Shown here: piece by piece, positions 1 through 10,962 of the stretch
Layout of the letters: each line of letters opens with the position of its first letter
Numbering within the stretch: position 1 is the first letter of the stretch
Source: Candidatus Argoarchaeum ethanivorans
Lineage (GTDB): Archaea; Halobacteriota; Methanosarcinia; Methanosarcinales; EX4572-44
Direction: 5' to 3'
Length of the DNA stretch: 64,000 bases
Assembly (NCBI GenBank): GCA_004193545.1
Contig: RPGO01000030.1
Coordinates: forward strand, 4,790-68,789
Program-made: the position numbers and the translations under genes
Notes under the pieces: model-generated
What the model was told of the DNA's origin: nothing
What the model saw: the letters and a program-made list of their open reading frames with translations, nothing else
Databases searched by the model: none

Positions 1-123
1 TCGCCAGTGTTGCAGGCAGATGAAAACCTGCGAAGGTCTCGCCTGATGCTTGTTAGATGTGCCAGGAGAAGGCTCAAGACAACACTTGACACTCTTGGAA
101 TGGCAGCACCAGAAGAAATGTAA
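1..123 (+). CDS. argS: Arginyl-tRNA synthetase, 3' end (partial)
   Basis: Frame 1 reads SPVLQADENLRRSRLMLVRCARRRLKTTLDTLGMAAPEEM*, matching the typical ArgRS C-terminus (PVL...RL.L...L..LG..APE.M). Not in the ORF track. Confidence 0.85.
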   Translation, partial: SPVLQADENLRRSRLMLVRCARRRLKTTLDTLGMAAPEEM

Positions 124-198
124 CCTGCACTTGATTGCTAGCGCAATCAAGAGTCACGAGTTGCCTTCTTGGAATGGCAGCACCAGAAGAAATGTAAC
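93..198 (+). repeat. 32-bp direct repeat of the argS 3' end flanking a 42-bp insert that contains a palindrome
   Basis: TCTTGGAATGGCAGCACCAGAAGAAATGTAAC at 93-124 and 167-198. The insert contains TGCACTTGATTGC-TAGC-GCAATCAAGAGT (126-154). Confidence 0.9.
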
Positions 199-261
199 AT
201 CACTATATGCTCAGTGTGTAGAAATGTACCAGGCATCTGGATACTCTTTGGATGGCAGTTC

Positions 262-948
262 TCATCTTAACCCTGTCTGCGTGATTGTAAATTCACATGA
301 AACGCCTTCAGGACGAAAGCGGTGTTTTTGGAGTATGGCACGTCTTCGCTGTGGCCTGATCTTTTCGAGTTGAATGATGGTTTTTGATATGTGAGCAAAA
401 GGATTTCCACCGAGTGGCATCATTGAATTAGAATCGATGTCAGTGTAGACTTGATTAGTTATCAGCACAGCTATTTTGTATCTGCGTGCAAGACTGTGAA
501 GAATGGACAGTTGGCTGGTTAGCTGTCTTCGAAAAATCATGTTATTACTATCCTCAAGGCTTGCACGATAAAACATGATCGGTGAATCAAACACTATAAG
601 TCCAATATCTTTGTTCATTAGTCTCTCGCAGTCGCTAACAGCACTGTTTTGACTTGTAAAATCAGAAGGCTCGTAGATGATGATGCTCTTTGCAATCTCT
701 TCTGCATCTTTTCCTGCGATCTGCTTGAATCGTTCCGGTGAAAAACCCTCGGTGTCGATGAATATGATTTTTTTATCCTGCACAGCGCAGGCTATGGATA
801 ATTGAATTACAAGATTTGTTTTGCCACTGCCAGCTTCGCCATATACTTGTGTTACAATGCCAGCTTCAAAACCGCCGCCAACAAGTTCATCAAGTGGTGT
901 GCAGCCAGAGAGAAGTTTTATATTATGGTTGCCCTGAATGAGAATCAC
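262..948 (-). CDS. radB: DNA repair and recombination protein RadB
   Basis: RecA-like ATPase (GEAGSGKT, IDTEGFSPERF, ITNQV) with the RadB KHR motif and no N-terminal HhH domain. Confidence 0.92.
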   Translation of the reverse strand: MILIQGNHNIKLLSGCTPLDELVGGGFEAGIVTQVYGEAGSGKTNLVIQLSIACAVQDKKIIFIDTEGFSPERFKQIAGKDAEEIAKSIIIYEPSDFTSQNSAVSDCERLMNKDIGLIVFDSPIMFYRASLEDSNNMIFRRQLTSQLSILHSLARRYKIAVLITNQVYTDIDSNSMMPLGGNPFAHISKTIIQLEKIRPQRRRAILQKHRFRPEGVSCEFTITQTGLR

Positions 949-1028
949 CTGACTTTAATTAATATTAACGTCCCAAAGGTTAAATATATAACGAATACAT
1001 TCAGGTCATATATTTCGGAGGAAAAAAA

Positions 1029-1616
1029 TTGGCTAAACCAACAAGAAAGACTGATAATTGGAAATCAAAAAACTGGTACTCGGTACTGTCACCTGAAATA
1101 CTTGGAACAGTTAACGTAGGCAAAACCATAACAAGCAATCCAGACAATCTTATAGGAAGAGTTATCGAGACAACGCTTGGAGATGTGACAAGAGATTTTT
1201 CAAAACAGAACATCAAATTAAAACTTAAAATCTCAAGGATTGGAGGAGACTCTGCTCACACCAAATTCATGGGACATCAACTAACACAGGATTACCTTCG
1301 CTCTCTTGTAAAAAGACGAAGCTCTGCCATCGATTCAAATGTAGATGTGACAACAAGCGATGGGTATAAAATCAGGGTGAAACCTACATGTTTCACACTC
1401 AAAAGAGCACATTTGGTACAGATAGAGGGGATGCGAAAACAGATGAATCACATAATCACTGACCGCGCAAAGAATCTTAACTTTAATCAATTCATGGAAG
1501 AGGCTTTTAATGGAAAGCTATCCTCAATAATCTACAAAGAGACGAAAAAAATATACCCGCTGCGAAGAGTGGAGATTAGAAAAACTGAAGTCAAGAGAGA
1601 GGCAGCCGCATCTTAA
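1029..1616 (+). CDS. rps3ae: 30S ribosomal protein S3Ae (eS1)
   Basis: WKSKNWY..., GRVIETTLGD, DYLRSLVKRRSS, IYPLRRVEIRK. Confidence 0.95.
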   Translation: MAKPTRKTDNWKSKNWYSVLSPEILGTVNVGKTITSNPDNLIGRVIETTLGDVTRDFSKQNIKLKLKISRIGGDSAHTKFMGHQLTQDYLRSLVKRRSSAIDSNVDVTTSDGYKIRVKPTCFTLKRAHLVQIEGMRKQMNHIITDRAKNLNFNQFMEEAFNGKLSSIIYKETKKIYPLRRVEIRKTEVKREAAAS

Positions 1617-1743
1617 AGAACAACATTTTTTTTACTCATGCACGGCAGGCAAGTATATAAGTAATGGATGCTTTTAGTGCCGTCAGAATCTGGATGTGTT
1701 TACATCAGATATTCTGTTTAAAACAATTTATACGGATGATAAA

Positions 1744-3708
1744 ATGGATGAAACAAGCATCACGTCTGTTATAGGAGAGATACGCAAATTCGAACCGCCA
1801 GAAGGGTTCAGTGCAAAAGCGTATATAAAGACTCTTGAAGAATACAAGAAAATCTACAATGAATCCATTGCCGACCCATCGGCTTTTTGGGCAGAGAAAG
1901 CAGAAGAGTACCTTGACTGGTTCAAAAAATGGGATACTGTCCATACATGGGATTCTGAAAATGTAAAGCATACATGGTTTGCAGGAGGAAAACTTAATGC
2001 ATCGTACAACTGCCTTGACAGACACCTTAAAAGCTGGAGAAAAAATAAGGCTGCAATCATTTTCGAAGGCGAGCATGGCGACTCAAAAGTTTATACCTAT
2101 CAGCAGCTTCATCACGAAGTCTGCAAGTTTGCAAATGTACTGAAAAGCCAGGGAGTTACAAAAGGCGACCGGGTATCGATTTATTTACCAATGATACCGG
2201 AACTTCCGATAGCAATGCTTGCATGCACACGCATTGGAGCTATCCACAGTGTGGTATTTGGTGGATTTAGTGCAGATGCATTGCGCGATAGAATTCTTGG
2301 ACCTGGATGCAAACTTCTTATCACCTCAGATGGCAGTTTTAGATCAGGCAAAACGATACCACTGAAAGCAAATGCTGATGAGGCAGTATCCCAATGTGAT
2401 TGTATCGAGCATGTAATCGTAGTAAACAGGACAAAGAACAGCATCAATATGGTAGAGGGACGCGACCACTGGTGGCATGAACTCATGCAGGACTCTCCGG
2501 CAGTATGCGAACCGGAACAGATGGATGCGGAAGACCCACTGTTTATTCTATATACAAGCGGGAGTACAGGCAAGCCAAAAGGAGTACTTAATACTACAGG
2601 AGGCTACCTGCTCTACGTGACCCAGACATTTAAATGGGTTTTTGACTACAAGGATGAGGACACGTTTTGGTGCACAGCAGACATTGGATGGGTTACCGGA
2701 CACAGTTATATTGTGTATGGCCCACTGAGCGCCGGTGCTACAAGTCTCATGTTCGAGGGCGTACCCAATTATCCAAAACCTGATCGATTCTGGGCAATTG
2801 TAGAAAAATATAAAGTTAATACACTCTACACTGCACCAACAGCCATCAGAGCGATGATGAAAGACGGGGACAAGTGGCCACTTGGAAGAGACTTATCAAG
2901 CCTTCGGGTGCTTGGAAGCGTTGGCGAGCCAATAAACCCGGAAGCATGGATGTGGTACTACAACATTATCGGAAAAGGTAACTGCCCAATCGTAGACACG
3001 TGGTGGCAGACAGAAACCGGCGGCATACTGATTACACCGCTGCCTGGTGCAGTACCTACAAAACCAGGCTCAGCCACATTGCCCTATCCGGGCATTGAGC
3101 CAGTGATTCTTCGGGAAGATGGCAGCGTTGCTGATGTAAATGAGGGTGGATACCTTGTTATTAAAAAACCATGGCCAGGGCTAATGAGAACCGTGTACGA
3201 GCATCACGAACGATTCAAGAAAACCTATTTCACCAAATTCCCAGGACTTTACGTCACCGGGGACGGCGCCCGTAAAGATGGCGACGGCTACTACTGGCTG
3301 ATGGGCAGGGTTGATGACGTAATCAATGTGTCAGGACATCGAATGGGTACAGCCGAAATCGAAAGCTCACTTGACTCGCATGAAACAGTAGCAGAGTCCG
3401 CAGTAGTAGGATTTCCACATACTATTAAGGGTGAGGGGATCTACGCATTTGTTATTTTAAAAACAGGCAGAGAACCCAGCGACGAACTCAGAAACGAATT
3501 ATTAAAGCATGTACGAAAAGAGATTGGCCCCATAGCTAAGCCAGATGTGCTCCAGTTTGCAGATGGTCTGCCAAAAACACGAAGCGGCAAAATCATGAGA
3601 CGCATACTCAAGAAAATAGCTGCCGGTGATGTGAAAGATGTCGGTGATACAAGTACCCTGGCAGATCCAAGTGTTGTTGATGTGCTCATAGCAGGAAGAG
3701 AAAAATAA
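1744..3708 (+). CDS. acs: Acetyl-CoA synthetase (AMP-forming)
   Basis: [47 protein letters not shown] at 1744 preferred over GTG at 1696. Confidence 0.95.
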   Translation: MDETSITSVIGEIRKFEPPEGFSAKAYIKTLEEYKKIYNESIADPSAFWAEKAEEYLDWFKKWDTVHTWDSENVKHTWFAGGKLNASYNCLDRHLKSWRKNKAAIIFEGEHGDSKVYTYQQLHHEVCKFANVLKSQGVTKGDRVSIYLPMIPELPIAMLACTRIGAIHSVVFGGFSADALRDRILGPGCKLLITSDGSFRSGKTIPLKANADEAVSQCDCIEHVIVVNRTKNSINMVEGRDHWWHELMQDSPAVCEPEQMDAEDPLFILYTSGSTGKPKGVLNTTGGYLLYVTQTFKWVFDYKDEDTFWCTADIGWVTGHSYIVYGPLSAGATSLMFEGVPNYPKPDRFWAIVEKYKVNTLYTAPTAIRAMMKDGDKWPLGRDLSSLRVLGSVGEPINPEAWMWYYNIIGKGNCPIVDTWWQTETGGILITPLPGAVPTKPGSATLPYPGIEPVILREDGSVADVNEGGYLVIKKPWPGLMRTVYEHHERFKKTYFTKFPGLYVTGDGARKDGDGYYWLMGRVDDVINVSGHRMGTAEIESSLDSHETVAESAVVGFPHTIKGEGIYAFVILKTGREPSDELRNELLKHVRKEIGPIAKPDVLQFADGLPKTRSGKIMRRILKKIAAGDVKDVGDTSTLADPSVVDVLIAGREK

Positions 3709-3780
3709 AGATTGGGGACAAAAAACCCAACCCAACTCTTTTATATGATTTGGAACTACCTGTAATTGGGGGCACTTCGT

Positions 3781-4494
3781 ATGAAGGATGCAAGTCAGAT
3801 AGAAAAACAAGGTCCTAAAAAGATAAGTGAATTGACTGGTTTGCCAATTAAACTAATTATAGCTACACAAAAGTCAATATACAAACTTGGAATAAAACAT
3901 TCTGAATATATATTCTTAGACGTAGGTATAATTTCATCGATTTATAACGAAATGAAGTACGCAGTTACTGATTCAAAAAGTACAGAAGAATGTGACCAGA
4001 AGTTTTCTGAAATACTGAATAACCACTCAACTTTACTTCCTTTAGAATTATTCATTGAGAAAAATGAATTTCAAAATATGTTAGGTCAACAGGAGGTTTC
4101 AATCGATGACCTGCTGCGCGAAACACGAGCCAGAATTCCACACTATGAAGTCTCTGTTAGCCCTGAAGCTTTAGTTTTAGCTGCAATTATTCTAAAAATC
4201 TTACCTAATAACTTTCTGTCTGTAGTACGTTCACATCTGTCATCTTTAGTTTATGAAAGAACTTTACGTAATAGTTTTAGCAAATCCATGAATGATCTGA
4301 TTGGACGAATTGGTGAGGGGAAAATAACACATGAAGATGGCGAAAGAGTTGCAGCGAGTGTATCAAAGATATACTTAGACTCAATTAAAGCAATCAGGTC
4401 TTCAACTAACAACACAAAAAAATTAGAAACATCATCTGAAGTGAAAGATTTTATTGATGAAACTATGAAACATTTAGATGACGACACAATCTAA
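3781..4494 (+). CDS. Hypothetical protein (AT-rich, predicted helical)
   Basis: Open frame of ~237 aa; no motif recognised. Confidence 0.6.
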   Translation: MKDASQIEKQGPKKISELTGLPIKLIIATQKSIYKLGIKHSEYIFLDVGIISSIYNEMKYAVTDSKSTEECDQKFSEILNNHSTLLPLELFIEKNEFQNMLGQQEVSIDDLLRETRARIPHYEVSVSPEALVLAAIILKILPNNFLSVVRSHLSSLVYERTLRNSFSKSMNDLIGRIGEGKITHEDGERVAASVSKIYLDSIKAIRSSTNNTKKLETSSEVKDFIDETMKHLDDDTI

Positions 4495-4578
4495 CCTAAG
4501 TTTCAAAGAAACGTAAAATCCTTCTGGCGAATCATGGCATCTTCAGGAAAGAAGAGTATGGATAGTCTCAAAGATGAA

Positions 4579-5828
4579 CTAGTATAACGATTCCAAATTA
4601 ATCTTACAATAATCATACCACAATTCTGCCAGGCATATCATCCATTTTGTATTTCCACTTAAATATCACTGGAGTTTCGTTTATATCATCAAAATATTGA
4701 CTTATGCGATCAATCAGTTTCTCTTTTGAAGATACCCTCATCCCCCTCAACAAACTTCTTGTCATTTTACTGAACAAACTTTCAATAATATTCAGCCACG
4801 AAGCGTGTTTCGGAGTAAAGACGAATTGAAACCGTTGTGGAACACTTTCAAGATATTTTTGAGTTTCCTTTGACGTATGAACCCTCAGATTGTCAAGGAT
4901 GACTACGATTTTAAGTTTTTGTGGATAGTATAAATCCATTATCTTCAAAAAATCAATGAATTCAGCACTCCGGTGTTTTTCATAAACTTGATAATGAATT
5001 GTTCCGGTTAACAAGTCGATTCCTGCCAACAAAGAAAGAGTTCTGTTCCTTACATATTCATAATCACGCGAAATAGTAGGATATTTATCAACTACTGGCA
5101 TTAAATCCGGATATTTGTTCCCAACTGCTTGCATACCTGGTTTTTCATCATACGAAACAATTGCTACATCCACATCTTTGCCATTTTTCCTCACTTCCGG
5201 AAGTTTTTCTACCTGCTTATATGTATGCAAAACAACAGCACTCTTCGACTCGAAATTCGGATCGATTTGGTTAATATATGATGAGATTTTATGTGGTTTT
5301 ATGTTGCTTGCACTAAGAATTTTTGAAAATCGTTCCTGAAGATATCTTCACTGCCTCGGGATATCCTTTATCTATACAGTTATCGCGAATATATTCTGCC
5401 AATAGTCGTTGTGTCCAAAGTTCATGTGGATATCCAAAATCTTTTGGTTTCATACAGGCAAGAGAGATAATCCACGCACGTCCTTCGGGAGTGAGTTTTT
5501 TTGGTCTACCATTTCTCGGTAAATCATCGATCGCTTCATAAATCCCATAGGCGAGAGCCTTTTTTATACATCGGATTACTTTTTGACGATTTGTGTTTAA
5601 TTCATTAGCTATTTGTGAATTATTCATTCCCTGATAACACAAAAGCAGAATTTTTGCCCTTTCAACTGTTCTCACTGGTTCGGTCCTTGAACGAGTCGAT
5701 GAAATTAAGTATTCAAGTTCTTTATCAGTCAACTCTAATTTTGGACGTTTGCTTATAAATGGCATCAAGATTAATTAGCAGCCATCGTTAATAAATATTG
5801 TTATATTATTTTGGAATCGATACACTAG
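4579..5828 (-). mobile_element. IS630-family element; transposase split by a 1-nt insertion
   Basis: TIRs CTAGTATAACGATTCCAAATTAAT / ATTATTTTGGAATCGATACACTAG. HTH ORF 5313-5768 and DDE ORF 4613-5230 (DEKP, DNL..H, PKHASWLNIIE). Extra T near 5325. Confidence 0.92.
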
Positions 5829-7006
5829 TGTCTCAGCAACTTAATTTTTAGACAAAGTTTATAAACCTGTGAGTCCAACCATATTCTATGGAAAAAATAA
5901 AACTTACAGAGAAAGAGGTGGAGTATCTCAACGATTTCGTGAAAATGGGGCGTAAAAGCGCGAGAGAATTGACCCGGGCACATATTTTGCTTCTGGTCAA
6001 TGATGGAAAAAAGGAAATGGAGATAAAAGATACGCTGCGGATCAGCAGGGCAACCGTTTCCAACACCAAGAAGAAATACCGCGAAGAAAGTCTCCAAAAC
6101 GCCCTCGCGGAGAAACCAAGATCCGGTCAGCCTAAAAAGTATACAGAGAAACATGCGGCGGAAGTTATAGCGCAGGCATGCACCGAATCACCTGATGGGC
6201 GCAAGAGATGGACACTTACACTACTAACAGAAGAAATGCGAAAGAAGGATGGGTTTGAAACGATAAACAAAGAGAGTATCAGGCTTATTTTAAAAAAAGC
6301 AAAACTAAACCTTGGTTAAGGCGGATGTGGTGCATACAGACGATCGACACCGAATACAGAGAACGGATGTACGATGTTCTCGATCTGTACGAAGAACCGT
6401 ACGACCCGGGAAGTCCCATTGTCTGTTTTGACGAGAAACCAAAGCAACTTCTTGGAGATAAAAGGATTTCCATCCCTATGAAGCCTGGAATCCCTGTGAA
6501 ATATGATTATGAATATATCAGGAACGGTACAGCAAACATTTTCATGGCGGTCGAATTTAAAGCAGGGAAACGGGTGACGAGAGGATCACCAAAAGAAGAA
6601 CTATGGTGGATTTTGCACAATTCGTGAAGATGCTTGTCGATGAAGAATACCCAGACGTTAAAATCATCCGACTGGTCATGGATAATCTCAATACTCACAA
6701 GGAAAAGTCATTTTACGAGGCATTCGGCGAGGGGGAGGCGGAAATGATTTTGAGCAAGATCGAGTTTCATTACACACCAAAGCATGCAAGCTGGCTTAAT
6801 GCCGCTGAAATCGAGATCAATGTAATGGATATCGAATGCACTGACAGACGGATTGGAGATATGGAGATACTGACTCATGAGGTGACAGCGTGGACCAGGA
6901 GACGGAATGACGATGAAAAGAAAATCAACTGGGGGTTTACGAGGAGGAAGGCGGATAAGAAACTGTCCAAGTATTATGTCTAAGAACTAAATTGTCGAGA
7001 CACTAG
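5825..7006 (+). mobile_element. IS630-family element, copy 1
   Basis: TIRs CTAGTGTCTCAGCAACTTAATTTTTAGACA / TGTCTAAGAACTAAATTGTCGAGACACTAG. HTH ORF 5888-6319, A7G slippery site near 6292, DDE ORFs 6325-6627 and 6603-6983. Confidence 0.95.
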
Positions 7007-8184
7007 TGTCTCAGCAACTTAATTTTTAGACAAAGTTTATAAACCTGTGAGTCCAACCATATTCTATGGAAAAAATAAAACTTACAGAGAAAGAGGTGGA
7101 GTATCTCAACGATTTCGTGAAAATGGGGCGTAAAAGCGCGAGAGAATTGACCCGGGCACATATTTTGCTTCTGGTCAATGATGGAAAAAAGGAAATGGAG
7201 ATAAAAGATACGCTGCGGATCAGCAGGGCAACCGTTTCCAACACCAAGAAGAAATACCGCGAAGAAAGTCTCCAAAACGCCCTCGCGGAGAAACCAAGAT
7301 CCGGTCAGCCTAAAAAGTATACAGAGAAACATGCGGCGGAAGTTATAGCGCAGGCATGCACCGAATCACCTGATGGGCGCAAGAGATGGACACTTACACT
7401 ACTAACAGAAGAAATGCGAAAGAAGGATGGGTTTGAAACGATAAACAAAGAGAGTATCAGGCTTATTTTAAAAAAAGCAAAACTAAACCTTGGTTAAGGC
7501 GGATGTGGTGCATACAGACGATCGACACCGAATACAGAGAACGGATGTACGATGTTCTCGATCTGTACGAAGAACCGTACGACCCGGGAAGTCCCATTGT
7601 CTGTTTTGACGAGAAACCAAAGCAACTTCTTGGAGATAAAAGGATTTCCATCCCTATGAAGCCTGGAATCCCTGTGAAATATGATTATGAATATATCAGG
7701 AACGGTACAGCAAACATTTTCATGGCGGTCGAATTTAAAGCAGGGAAACGGGTGACGAGAGGATCACCAAAAGAAGAACTATGGTGGATTTTGCACAATT
7801 CGTGAAGATGCTTGTCGATGAAGAATACCCAGACGTTGAAAACATCCGACTGGTCATGGATAATCTCAATACTCACAAGGAAAAGTCATTTTACGAGGCA
7901 TTCGGCGAGGGGGAGGCGGAAATGATTTTGAGCAAGATCGAGTTTCATTACACACCAAAGCATGCAAGCTGGCTTAATGCCGCTGAAATCGAGATCAATG
8001 TAATGGATATCGAATGCACTGACAGACGGATTGGAGATATGGAGATACTGACTCATGAGGTGACAGCGTGGACCAGGAGACGGAATGACGATGAAAAGAA
8101 AATCAACTGGGGGTTTACGAGGAGAAAGGCGGATAAGAAACTGTCCAAGTATTATGTCTAAGAACTAAATTGTCGAGACACTAG
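7003..8184 (+). mobile_element. IS630-family element, copy 2 (tandem, near-identical to copy 1)
   Basis: 1178-bp tandem repeat of the 5825-7002 unit, sharing the CTAG. At least 3 substitutions seen between the copies. Confidence 0.95.
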
Positions 8185-8287
8185 TAAAGGTGGGTATCTG
8201 ACAAATGAAGCACCTGAAAGAATGTATTTAGATGCTGCAGAACTTGGAGTGGAATATTTTGTTGTTCCATGGACAAAAGTAGATAAA

Positions 8288-8836
8288 ATGGGTTGTATGT
8301 GTCTCTTGCCAAGGGGGCTCTTGAATCAGCGGAACCAGGTGATTTTTTTCAGTGTATGAACTTTTCATTGCTATTCGACATGCTAGATCCCGTCGCAGGC
8401 AGACCCGATTCTTTCCATATACTGGGTATTGGGCTTTGCGAGTGATGATTCTTATGGGTGTCCCAGGCAAGTATGGTTGAACTGAAGGAACTTCCTTAAA
8501 AGACGAAGTGGACAACATGCCTCATGTAACAGTTTGAACCGAAATCAGACAGTTACATATCTGTTGCGGAGCCTTGCATACGGTATTAAGGAATCGAGGG
8601 GTGACAGGGCATCACCTGTTCTATCGAACTAGGCAACCTTTGCATACAAAGACACGTCAAGGGAATATTGCTCATGCAAAGAGTTCTCGTAAAAGAGCAC
8701 AACACAGTGCTTCACTGAGAAGACGTTACCGAGGCTTACGGGACTGAAGTAACACACAAGAGCGTGATACTTGGAGACTCACTATCTGAGAAACTGGATG
8801 TGAGAGTGGGTGACGCTTGATGCAACCTTTCCTGAA
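8288..8836 (+). pseudogene. Indel-riddled inverted copy of the 5' part of the ABC permease gene (17883-18434)
   Basis: Long matches to the reverse complement of 17883-18434 (e.g. GGACAACATGCCTCATGTAAC, ACACACAAGAGCGTGATACTTGGAGACTCACTATCTGAGAAACTGGATGTGA) with dense 1-nt indels. Confidence 0.85.
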
Positions 8837-8890
8837 AAAACAGGACAACAAACTCTCAATGCCTTTTTTGATCTTGGAGATTTACCATTT

Positions 8891-9100
8891 TCAGGCATAA
8901 TCATCAACGGTTAAACCAGCAAGTTTTATAAGCTTTCTGATTGTGCCCCTATCAAGTTCTTTATGTCTTGGAACAGAAAATGTAACTATAGAACCAGGTT
9001 TTATCATTATGGTATGACCAGTTTGCCTTGCCACAAACCATCCAGCGTTATTAAAAGCCTTGACCGCTTCTATGCCATACATTCCTGGTAGTTTTGCCAT
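8891..9100 (-). CDS. hicA: HicA-family toxin
   Basis: GW...RQTGH..M, SVPRHKELDRGT.RKLIK.AG pattern; 69 aa. Confidence 0.85.
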   Translation of the reverse strand: MAKLPGMYGIEAVKAFNNAGWFVARQTGHTIMIKPGSIVTFSVPRHKELDRGTIRKLIKLAGLTVDDYA

Positions 9101-9333
9101 CAGACAGCTATTTCTATTAGTTTCTCTTCGCCTTTTATTTCAATCTTTTCATTCAAGACAGCTAAGCAGCCTTGAATTGCATCCTTTATATTTTCCAGCG
9201 CCTCTTCGAACTTCTTCCCCTGTGATACACAGCCTATTATGGATTGGCATTCGACGACGTACCAACCAGCTTCTCCTGCAGGAATTATTGTGACCTCATA
9301 CCCAATATAGCTTCTGTAAAGCATCACAACCAC
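9100..9333 (-). CDS. hicB: HicB-family antitoxin
   Basis: GCVSQGK..EEALENIKDAI. Overlaps the hicA start by 1 nt. Start codon uncertain. Confidence 0.85.
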   Translation of the reverse strand: MVVMLYRSYIGYEVTIIPAGEAGWYVVECQSIIGCVSQGKKFEEALENIKDAIQGCLAVLNEKIEIKGEEKLIEIAV

Positions 9334-9400
9334 AAGAGGAATGTATTTATCTATGACTGGTCACTATAGTGACTGATAACTGATGATGGATTGAATAGCG

Positions 9401-10159
9401 ATGAAATGGAGATACCTTGATATTGGCTTGATAGACCCTTATGAAGCGATGGCAGTGCACGAGGCGATGTTTATATCTCGTATAGAACAAAAAAGTCTGG
9501 ACACTTTATATCTGGAGCGATACACATCAAAATCCGTGTTCCTTGGATACCATCAATGTGCAGAGGCTGAACTAAATCTAAATTATTGCAGGGAAAATGA
9601 TGTTAAAGTGGTACGGCGTTCGACCGGGGGCGGGGCAGGTTATATGGATTCCAAACAGTTGAACTATGAGGTAGTGGTAGATAGAAAAATGCATAACATT
9701 CCATCAGACTTTGTTGCATCCTACGAGAGAATCATGGATGGTTTCGTAGAGGCATTAAAATACATCGGACTGGATGCAGAATTTAAGCCTACAAACGATT
9801 TAATTGTAAATGGCGGGAAGATATCTGGTGGATGCATGGCACGCCAGAATGCGATTCTTCTACAGCACGGTTCACTACTGGTTGATTTTGACATGGATAC
9901 CGCTTTTAAGGTATTGAATGTCCCAACGATAAAATATGAAAGTAAAGGATTGAAATCAGCGAAAAGCAGGGTTAGTTGGATAAATAAGGAATTAGGTTAT
10001 GATGTCGATCTGGATGAACTAAAAGCAGCGATTAGGAAGGGATTTGAGAAATCCTTTGGAATAGAATTTGAAGACTCTGGGTTGACACCGTATGAAGAGG
10101 AACTGGTGCAAGACTTACTTCCCAAGTATCGATCAACAGAATTTATTTACAGGTTATAG
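9401..10159 (+). CDS. lplA: Lipoate-protein ligase A, catalytic domain
   Basis: RRSTGGGAGYMD, NDL, KISG, QHGSLL. Confidence 0.9.
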   Translation: MKWRYLDIGLIDPYEAMAVHEAMFISRIEQKSLDTLYLERYTSKSVFLGYHQCAEAELNLNYCRENDVKVVRRSTGGGAGYMDSKQLNYEVVVDRKMHNIPSDFVASYERIMDGFVEALKYIGLDAEFKPTNDLIVNGGKISGGCMARQNAILLQHGSLLVDFDMDTAFKVLNVPTIKYESKGLKSAKSRVSWINKELGYDVDLDELKAAIRKGFEKSFGIEFEDSGLTPYEEELVQDLLPKYRSTEFIYRL

Positions 10160-10161
10160 AA

Positions 10162-10458
10162 ATGAAAATCGATATACCCAGCTATCAACAAGGATTGTAT
10201 AAATCAGCAGGCGGACTGATACGTGTTTTTTTAAAAGAAAAAGATGGAAAAATTGATGATATTTTATTTACCGGTGATTTTTTCATATTTCCAGAAGACT
10301 CGTTGAATATAATGGCCCAATCTTTAAAAAATGCTGCGTTAGATAAAAGGATAATAATAGACACACTAAAAGAAGTATATCTTAAAGAAAATGTAGATTC
10401 GCCAGGTGCAACTATAGGGGATTTTGCGAATGCAGTAATGGCTGCGACATCAAGGTGA
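10162..10458 (+). CDS. Lipoate-protein ligase C-terminal domain protein (LplB-like)
   Basis: KSAGGLIRV...I.FTGDFFIFPE. Directly follows lplA (bipartite ligase). Confidence 0.8.
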   Translation: MKIDIPSYQQGLYKSAGGLIRVFLKEKDGKIDDILFTGDFFIFPEDSLNIMAQSLKNAALDKRIIIDTLKEVYLKENVDSPGATIGDFANAVMAATSR

Positions 10459-10551
10459 TTATAATCTTCTTGAAGCTAATTTGACAGCCTCCTATACAAA
10501 TAGTTTTGTTTTAGTAAACCATATATAGCACTTTATCTATTTATATAGTGG

Positions 10552-10962
10552 ATGACCATTAAGTCTTTAGATAATCAGTTTGTTCGAGGATTTGCCCTTG
10601 TTATGTTGATGGCCTTTGTTCTGTATGCAGTGATTCTTGGTATTATATATATGGCCTCAGACACTCCTCAAAAGGTAATGCTACCTGCACCGATAGTAGT
10701 TCTCGTATTTGCTCTTGCATTTGTTTTCACATCTATATTTTTTTCTAATCATCGCAGTGTTATATATCCATGGTCACTCCTGGGTGGGGGAATAGTCGCG
10801 CTTGCAGTTACTTTTATTGTGACAGCAGTTTACGGGGGTATCCAGTATATGAATGGAAATGGCTTCGCTGGACTTGGTTGGGAAGTATCACTATATCTCC
10901 TGGCAGGATGCATCGTCTCAAGTGTGGTGTCAGTCACTTACCTGGATCAAAATAGCCGGTAG
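10552..10962 (+). CDS. Small membrane protein (4 predicted TM segments)
   Basis: Four hydrophobic segments. Confidence 0.7.
   Translation: MTIKSLDNQFVRGFALVMLMAFVLYAVILGIIYMASDTPQKVMLPAPIVVLVFALAFVFTSIFFSNHRSVIYPWSLLGGGIVALAVTFIVTAVYGGIQYMNGNGFAGLGWEVSLYLLAGCIVSSVVSVTYLDQNSR

Noticed and set aside
50-373. 107-aa ORF in the track
   Set aside because: It overlaps the argS end, the repeat and radB on the opposite strand, so it is spurious.
5231-5340. Programmed frameshift in the first IS630
   Set aside because: Joining the ORFs needs removal of one extra T (+1), unlike the -1 A-run slippage in copies 2 and 3. A mutation or sequencing error is more likely.
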